DNA from: Candidatus Latescibacterota bacterium
GTDB lineage: Bacteria; Latescibacterota; UBA2968; UBA8231
NCBI GenBank assembly: GCA_965206595.1
Contig: OZ242214.1
Span: 2,944,001 to 3,008,000 of the forward strand
Length of the DNA: 64,000 bases
Direction of reading: 5' to 3'
This document shows, one piece after another, positions 57,606 through 64,000 of the stretch (its first letter is position 1; the number at the start of each line of letters is the position of its first letter). A program made the position numbers and the translations under genes. A model generated the notes under the pieces. That model made no database searches. It was not told the origin of the DNA and saw only the letters and a list, made by a program, of their open reading frames with translations.

Positions 57606-59554
57606 TGGGCGAGGAACAACAGCATCGCCTGGCGTTGCCCAAAGGAACTCGCATACGCGACTTCGAGTTTCATCGGGTTCTCGGCCACGGCGGGTTCGGG
57701 ATCACCTACCTGGGATGGAACATCACCCTGGACATCCCCGTGGCGATCAAGGAGTACTTCCCCGCGGACCTGGCTACCCGCGAACGGAACCTGTCGGTCG
57801 TTCCGCAGACGGACCAGGCCGCCCCCGATTTCCAATGGGGCCTGGAGCGCTTCCTGGACGAAGCCCGCATCCTCGCCCGCTTTCAACATCCCGGCATAGT
57901 CCGCATTCACCACTTCTTCGAAGCCCACCGCACAGCCTATATCGCAATGGACTATGTGGAGGGGGAAAGTCTGTCCGCGTATCTGACGCGCAAGGGAACG
58001 CTGAGCGAAATCGAGCTCCAAGGCATTCTGGATCCGTTGCTGAGCGCGTTGGAAGTGGTACATCGAGCAGACTTTCTGCATCGAGACATCAAGCCCGGCA
58101 ACATCGTCCTCCGAGCAAAGGATGGCTCGCCGGTGTTGCTGGACTTTGGCGCCGCGCGTCAGGCAATGGGTGCGAAAAGCCGCTCGGTCACGTCGATAGT
58201 AACGCCGGGGTATGCGCCGATCGAACAGTATTCAACCCGGGCGGCTCAAGGAGCCTGGACGGACATTTACGCGCTGGGGGGGGTGTGTTATCGGGCGTTG
58301 ACCGGAGAGAACCCTTTCGATGCAACCGACCGGATGCGGAACGACCCGCTGATCCCGGTGGCTCAGCGCTGCGCGGGCAAAGCAAGTCCAAAGTTTCTCG
58401 CGGCGATAGATGCCGCCCTAACGGTGGATGCCCCGGATCGTCCCCAGAGTATCGCGGCGTGGCGAGAGTCCCTTGGCGAGGCGCGGAAAGCGCGGAATGA
58501 TGGGGCCAATGACGCTGCAGTTGCTGGCAAAATGGAGCAGGGCGCGTCGCCATCGAAGCCTCGGAAGAACCTTAAATACAAGCTTGTTGCAGCCGTCCTG
58601 GGTCTGGCCGCTCTCCTGATCGGGGGCGAAAGGTTTGTTGAGCATGCCGAACAGGTGGAATTGGAGAAGAAGCGTCAGGAACAAGCCGCCTTGGTGAAAC
58701 AGGCTCAGGAACAAGCCGCCCTGGAGAAAGAGCGCCAGGACCAGGCCGCGTTGGAGAAGCAGGAGCAGGAAAAAGCGGCCCTGGAGAAACAGCGTGGCAA
58801 ACAGGCGGCGTTAAAGAAAAAGCGTCAGGAACAAGCGGAGCTGGAGAAACAGGCTCAGGAGCAAGCCGCCCAGGAGAAACAGCGCCAGGACCAGGCCGCG
58901 TTGGAAAAGCAGCAGCGGGACCAGGCTGCACTTGAGAAGCAGCAGCGGGAAAAAAAGGCGGCATTGGAGAAACAGCGCCAGGACCAGGCCGCGTTGGAAA
59001 AACAGCGCCAGGAGCAAGCCTTCGTCGCAGAGGTGGGGCGCCCTCCACATCCGGGCGGAATGAACAACGGCGATACCGACCTGCATGTTGCCGCGAGACT
59101 GAACCTGCCCCTGTTGACTGCATCCCTGCTCGAGCAGGGAGCCGATGTCCACGCCACAAACAAGGACGGCTGGACACCGCTCCACGTTGCCGCCAAGGAG
59201 GACGCTGCTGCAACCGCCGGGGTCTTGCTCAAACAGAAAGCCGATGTCAACGCCAGGGAAACATTGTTCGGCTGGACGCCGCTGCACCTGGCCGCGGCCA
59301 AGGAAGATGCTTCTGCGACCGCCGAGGTCCTGCTCCAACAGAAAGCCGACGTCAACGTCAAGGACAAATTCGGATGGACACCGCTGCATTCCGCCGCTTC
59401 AAACAATGCTTACAAGACCGCAGAGGTTTTGTTGAACAGCGGGGCTGATGTCAACGCCAAGGACAATCATGGCTGGGGGCCGCTTTACTGGGCGTCACGC
59501 AAAAAGGCTTCCCAGGCGGCGGACGTCCTGCGCCGTTACGGTGGTCGAGAATGA
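57605..59554 (+). CDS. Hanks-type Ser/Thr kinase with a TM helix, 10-aa repeat stalk and ankyrin repeats
   Basis: GHGGFG, VAIKE, HRDIKPGN, LDFG and APIE. About 12 EKQRQDQAAL units. GWTPLH ankyrin repeats. Confidence 0.93.
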   Translation: MGEEQQHRLALPKGTRIRDFEFHRVLGHGGFGITYLGWNITLDIPVAIKEYFPADLATRERNLSVVPQTDQAAPDFQWGLERFLDEARILARFQHPGIVRIHHFFEAHRTAYIAMDYVEGESLSAYLTRKGTLSEIELQGILDPLLSALEVVHRADFLHRDIKPGNIVLRAKDGSPVLLDFGAARQAMGAKSRSVTSIVTPGYAPIEQYSTRAAQGAWTDIYALGGVCYRALTGENPFDATDRMRNDPLIPVAQRCAGKASPKFLAAIDAALTVDAPDRPQSIAAWRESLGEARKARNDGANDAAVAGKMEQGASPSKPRKNLKYKLVAAVLGLAALLIGGERFVEHAEQVELEKKRQEQAALVKQAQEQAALEKERQDQAALEKQEQEKAALEKQRGKQAALKKKRQEQAELEKQAQEQAAQEKQRQDQAALEKQQRDQAALEKQQREKKAALEKQRQDQAALEKQRQEQAFVAEVGRPPHPGGMNNGDTDLHVAARLNLPLLTASLLEQGADVHATNKDGWTPLHVAAKEDAAATAGVLLKQKADVNARETLFGWTPLHLAAAKEDASATAEVLLQQKADVNVKDKFGWTPLHSAASNNAYKTAEVLLNSGADVNAKDNHGWGPLYWASRKKASQAADVLRRYGGRE

Positions 59555-59616
59555 AATTATCTGGAGCCAGTTCTTCACAACCTCCCCGGATTCATCCGGC
59601 CCACAGGAGAATTCCC

Positions 59617-62600
59617 ATGAAAATTTCGGTTCTACAGTCCGCATGTCTTCTGTTGTTCGCTTTCCTGCTCTTGCCGCCCGCCAGCTATACCTCCCCCTCC
59701 CCTATCGACTGGGCGAATTCCTGCCGGCTGGTCGATTCCGAGCAGTCGGAGGGGGATCACATCCTCGGTCCGGCCCCAAAGCGGCTGGCGGATTCGGACA
59801 GTTCCCAAACACGTACGGTGCAGCTTATCTACTTCATTCCCAATGACCGCACGTTCGACTCCGACGTGGTCGACACCATAAAGGCAAGGATTCCCCGGAT
59901 ACAAACCTTTTTCCGCGACCAGATGCAGGCCCATGGCCACGGCAACAAAACCTTTCAGTTCGAAACCGACGACCAAGGCGACCCGGTGGTGCATCGCGTC
60001 GACGCGCCGAACTCCGACAGCAGCTATCTCCGCTCCTATCGCATGGTCGGCGTCGGCAACGTGCTCCGTGATCTGAGACCGACCTTTGATTCCGGAAACA
60101 GCATTTTGTTCATCGTCGCCGACCATAGCACCTACGATAATCTCGGTTGGGGCAACGTGGCAGGATTTGGCGGCCGGTCGGGAAAAAACAGCGGCTACGC
60201 ACTTCTTCCCCCCAACTTCATCGTCGCAACGGCGGCCCATGAGCTGGGCCATGCTTTCGGCTTGCAGCACGATTTCAACGACGACGCCAACATCATGTCG
60301 TATGGCCCGGGATGGAACCGGTTGTCGGCGTGCAGCGCCGGGTTCCTGGCCGTGCATCCCTACTTCGATGCCGATGTCCCCATTGAAGAACAGCAGACCT
60401 GGGACCTTCTCGCTCCGACGGTCCAGCTTGTTTCACCCCTGAGATATCCAGCGGGCTCTACGAGCCTCTCCCTTCAATTCAGGGTCACGGCTTCAGGGGA
60501 CCGGGGACTACAGCAGGCCCTTTTCTTCCTCAGATCGAGAGCGCCCCACCCTGCTGCGGGGTCCCACGAGGTGAAGGGGTGCCATGACTTGCAGGGTGTG
60601 CAGGATACCGTCGTTGTATTCCAACATGACGGGGTCATCCCGTCCGCGGGCTCGGGTAGTCTTTCCGAGTCCCCTGCGCATTTCGTTTCCGTGCAGGCAC
60701 TCGATAGCGAGGGGAATGCGAACAGCGGACCCTATCGCGATTCTCATTTCGTGCTGGCGGAAGATTCGCCGCACCACCTCGCCACGCTTTTCAGGAATAC
60801 GAGCGAGTTCTCGCCGGAGATCTATGGGGCGAAGTTCTCACCGGATGGATCTCTTCTCGCCGTAAACTCGTCCGCCGGGATCGGGATCTGGGACGTGGCG
60901 ACGAGAACGGCACTTGCTTCCCTCAGTCAAAGAAGCGTCTCCTCCACCGCGTTCTCCCCCGACGGGACCCTTCTCGCTTCCGGTTCCTACAGTACTTCCG
61001 AGGCCAACATCAAGCTGTGGGACGCAGCGAACCAATCCCTCGTCGCCACTCTGCCGGGGCATACCGGTGGGCCTACGGGGGTCCATTCGCTGGCGTTTTC
61101 TCCCAGCGGAGACACCCTCGCTTCAGGCTCAGGGGATCAGACGATCAAGCTGTGGGACGTGGCAAACCGAACCCTCATCGCCACTCTCGAAGGACATACG
61201 AGTCATGTCTGGTCTGTGGCATTCTCCTCCGACGGAACCCTCGCTTCCGGTTCCCGGGACGGCACGGTCAAGCTGTGGAACGTGGCATCGCAAACCAATA
61301 CCGCCACCCTCGAGGGGAATTCGGGCCGGGTCCTCGATGTGGCGTTTTCACCCGATGGAACCCTCCTCGCATCGAGCACGGACCTCGCGATGCAGCTTTG
61401 GGACGCGGCAACGAGGACAATATCGGCCACCCTTCAGGGGCACGGAGAAGCGTCTTTTTCCCCGGACGGGACGATCCTCGCCACTGGAGCTGGACAGGGG
61501 GAGGTCCTGCTATGGGCGGTGGCGACAGCGGGCACAACAGCCGCCCTGGGGCATCCGGGCCGGCTGACTGACCCGGAGGGCTTCGGGATCACCGGGGTAT
61601 TTTCTCCCGACGGATCCCTTCTGGCTTCGGTAGCCATTACCGGAGTCGAGCTGTGGGACGCCTCCGAGTGGACGGGAGTCTCTCCGGTGACCTCGGTGCC
61701 GGCTCACCCGGACAGTGTTGCGCTGGCTGCGTTGTACAACGCCACCAACGGCGCCAACTGGCAGGGCAAGACGAACTGGCTCAGCAGCAGGCCCATGGGC
61801 GAGTGGAAAGGCGTTTCAACCAACAGCCTCGGGCGCGTCAACGATCTGACGCTCAGTGGGAACCGGTTGAGCGGGACAATACCGGCGGAGCTGGGCAACC
61901 TCGCCTTCCTGTCTTCCCTGTATCTCTATACCAACCAGTTGAGCGGGGAGATCCCCTCTGAAATGGGGGACCTCTCCAACCTCAGATATCTGGAACTCAA
62001 CCATAACCAGCTGAGCGGACAGATCCCCTCCGAACTGGGAAGCCTGTCCAAGCTGGAACGACTGTCGCTCCATAGTAACCGGTTGACCGGACAGATCCCC
62101 TCCGATCTCGGCAGCCTGGCCAGCCTTAAACAACTGAATCTCGGTGGTAACCAGTTGACCGGAACGATACCGGCAGAATTGGGCAACCTGACCAACCTCA
62201 CGAGCCTGGGGCTCTCCAACAACCAGTTGACCGGGTCCATACCGGCGGAACTGGAGAACCTGACCAACCTGAGGAACCTGTACCTCGCCGGAAACCAGTT
62301 GACCGGCTGCATCCCGGCGGGCCTGCGGGACGTAGCCAACAACGACTTGGACATGCTGGGTCTGTCCGACTGCGGTCAAACACAAACCCAGGCAACGACC
62401 GATTTCAACGACGACGGCAAAACCGATTTCGTCGACTTCTTCCTCTTTGCCGATGCCTACGGCGGCACCGACGCAAAGTTTGATCTCGACGGTAGTGGCA
62501 CAGTCGACTTCGTCGACTTCTTCCAGTTCGTCGACGCCTTCGGCCAGGCGGGACAGGCCAAGCTGCTGGCGATGGCCCAGGAGATGTTCGGGCTGCCGGC

Positions 62601-62877
62601 TGTCCCCGAGCTGCAGCAGAACTGGCCAAATCCCTTCAACAGCGAGACCGTCGTCTCCTGGTTCTTGGCGAAACCAGGTCCAGCGCGGCTGGAGGTGTTC
62701 GCCCTGACCGGGCAGCGGCTGGCGATCCTGCACGAGGGCCCGCAGCAGGCCGGTTACCACCGCCTTCACTGGGACGGCCGCGACGACGAGGGCCGCCCCC
62801 TGGGCACCGGCGTCTATCTGTACCGCCTGGTGACGGATGAACGCATCCTGACGCGCAAGCTCACCCTGCTGCGTTGA
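59617..62877 (+). CDS. Secreted metzincin-like peptidase, WD40, plant-type LRR, EF-hand and CTD-like domains
   Basis: AHELGHAFGLQH..IMSY, WD40 repeats, LSGxIPxELGNL and the shared C-terminal cassette. RBS AGGAG, ATG at 59617. Confidence 0.88.
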   Translation: MKISVLQSACLLLFAFLLLPPASYTSPSPIDWANSCRLVDSEQSEGDHILGPAPKRLADSDSSQTRTVQLIYFIPNDRTFDSDVVDTIKARIPRIQTFFRDQMQAHGHGNKTFQFETDDQGDPVVHRVDAPNSDSSYLRSYRMVGVGNVLRDLRPTFDSGNSILFIVADHSTYDNLGWGNVAGFGGRSGKNSGYALLPPNFIVATAAHELGHAFGLQHDFNDDANIMSYGPGWNRLSACSAGFLAVHPYFDADVPIEEQQTWDLLAPTVQLVSPLRYPAGSTSLSLQFRVTASGDRGLQQALFFLRSRAPHPAAGSHEVKGCHDLQGVQDTVVVFQHDGVIPSAGSGSLSESPAHFVSVQALDSEGNANSGPYRDSHFVLAEDSPHHLATLFRNTSEFSPEIYGAKFSPDGSLLAVNSSAGIGIWDVATRTALASLSQRSVSSTAFSPDGTLLASGSYSTSEANIKLWDAANQSLVATLPGHTGGPTGVHSLAFSPSGDTLASGSGDQTIKLWDVANRTLIATLEGHTSHVWSVAFSSDGTLASGSRDGTVKLWNVASQTNTATLEGNSGRVLDVAFSPDGTLLASSTDLAMQLWDAATRTISATLQGHGEASFSPDGTILATGAGQGEVLLWAVATAGTTAALGHPGRLTDPEGFGITGVFSPDGSLLASVAITGVELWDASEWTGVSPVTSVPAHPDSVALAALYNATNGANWQGKTNWLSSRPMGEWKGVSTNSLGRVNDLTLSGNRLSGTIPAELGNLAFLSSLYLYTNQLSGEIPSEMGDLSNLRYLELNHNQLSGQIPSELGSLSKLERLSLHSNRLTGQIPSDLGSLASLKQLNLGGNQLTGTIPAELGNLTNLTSLGLSNNQLTGSIPAELENLTNLRNLYLAGNQLTGCIPAGLRDVANNDLDMLGLSDCGQTQTQATTDFNDDGKTDFVDFFLFADAYGGTDAKFDLDGSGTVDFVDFFQFVDAFGQAGQAKLLAMAQEMFGLPAVPELQQNWPNPFNSETVVSWFLAKPGPARLEVFALTGQRLAILHEGPQQAGYHRLHWDGRDDEGRPLGTGVYLYRLVTDERILTRKLTLLR

Positions 62878-62951
62878 TGGACCGGTGTGCCAGAATTCGA
62901 CTACTGGCCGCCGGACACATCTCAAAACGGAAAGCACTGGAGGATAACCCT

Positions 62952-64000
62952 ATGAAAACTCCCGTTCTTTACCCCGCCTTTTGGGGGTTGCTGGCTCTCA
63001 TGCTCCCGCCGGCCGCCGCCAATGCTTTCCCCTCGCCGGCCGATAGCGTGCATTTCTGCCAAGTTCTTGATCCCGAGAAATGGGAGCGGGAAAACCCCCT
63101 CCCGGCGGAAAAGCGGACGGCGTTGAACGCCGGGGAATCCCGTATTGTCCGGCTGTTCTACTTCTTGCCCAATGACCGCTCGTATCGCCCCGCAGTGGTT
63201 GAGGCGATGAAAACGGGGATCCTTGAGGTCCAGTCCTTCTATCGCGAGCAGATGGCGGCGCACGGACACGGGAACAAAACCTTCCAGATTGAAACCGATG
63301 CCCAAGGCGTGCCGATCGTTCATCGCGTGAATGGGGACTATTCCGACAGCCATTACAAAGACCGGGGGCGTCCCCAGAACGAGATTAGCCGTGCGTTTGA
63401 CACCTCTTCAATCGTTCAACTCATCGTTATGGACATTAGTAGATCCTCCGGTGGACGTGGTGTCGGGATTAAACAGAGGGGACAGGCAATCGTTGATGGA
63501 AGATGGGATTGGCGCACTGCAGCCCATGAACTAGGACATGCCTTCGGCTTGCAACACGATTTTCGCGATACGTCATACATCATGTCGTATGGATCCGCTC
63601 GGAATTCCTTGTCTGCAGGCGCAGCACAGTTTTTAGCCGTGAATCCCTATTTTAATAGCAGTGTTCCACTTCAAGCGGGATCAGCACCATCCGTCCAACT
63701 TCTTTCTTCAACGCAATATTCGTATGGTGCAACGAGTGTGCCGGTCCAAGTCAGAGTCCGAGATGCTGATGGACTTCAGCAGGTAATCTTATTCGTTAAG
63801 ACGCCTATAGGAGTCAATCTTCCCACAGGATATAATGAAGTAGTAAGTTATCATAATTTGTCCAGTCAACCAGATGCAACCGTCACCTTCAATTATAAGG
63901 GAGGCTTGCCTTCTAAGGGTGATGATGATACGAGTCTTCTCGATCACCTCCGGCATACGATTTATGTCTCGGCTGTTGATAAGCAGGGAAATAGAATTGA
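62952..64000 (+). CDS. Third metzincin-like paralogue, running off the window end
   Basis: MKTPVLYPAFWGLLAL..., VRLFYFLPNDR and AAHELGHAFGLQHDF. Not in the ORF track because there is no stop in the window. Confidence 0.85.
   Translation, partial: MKTPVLYPAFWGLLALMLPPAAANAFPSPADSVHFCQVLDPEKWERENPLPAEKRTALNAGESRIVRLFYFLPNDRSYRPAVVEAMKTGILEVQSFYREQMAAHGHGNKTFQIETDAQGVPIVHRVNGDYSDSHYKDRGRPQNEISRAFDTSSIVQLIVMDISRSSGGRGVGIKQRGQAIVDGRWDWRTAAHELGHAFGLQHDFRDTSYIMSYGSARNSLSAGAAQFLAVNPYFNSSVPLQAGSAPSVQLLSSTQYSYGATSVPVQVRVRDADGLQQVILFVKTPIGVNLPTGYNEVVSYHNLSSQPDATVTFNYKGGLPSKGDDDTSLLDHLRHTIYVSAVDKQGNRI

Noticed and set aside
56011-59554. T6SS regulatory module (Fha/PppA/PpkA)
   Set aside because: No T6SS structural genes lie in the window.

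Overview
A 64-kb window from a high-GC diderm bacterium. The many secreted WD40, LRR, YWTD, collagen and ankyrin proteins with 'NPFN' FlgD/T9SS-CTD-like domains suggest an FCB-group host-associated organism such as a sponge symbiont; this is inference. Layout: (1) 1-2.1 kb, an AT-richer coupled pair of an HD hydrolase and a nucleotidyltransferase. (2) 2.2-8 kb, housekeeping and catabolic genes. (3) 8-25.4 kb, an accessory zone with a helicase-metallopeptidase fusion, a RloA-like ATPase and many decayed defence or toxin-antitoxin modules (rloB, AAA+HNH, higBA, hicBA). (4) 25.7-30.2 kb, a tight operon of a POTRA-less Omp85 barrel, a secreted atypical-kinase-like protein and an NTT/TLC nucleotide transporter. 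(5) mscS and an orphan WYL regulator with two palindromic operators. (6) 32.8-52.5 kb and 59.6-64 kb, arrays of modular secreted proteins and collagen lipoproteins. (7) 52.6-59.6 kb, an operon of pseudo-trypsin-FHA, ExbD-like-vWA, MotA/ExbB, FHA, PP2C and a kinase-ankyrin receptor. The best candidates for undescribed systems are the Omp85-kinase-NTT operon, the motor plus phospho-signalling operon, and the HD-NTase pair. I saw no rRNA, tRNA, CRISPR array or intact transposase. All calls are from motif recognition by eye, with no database searches.
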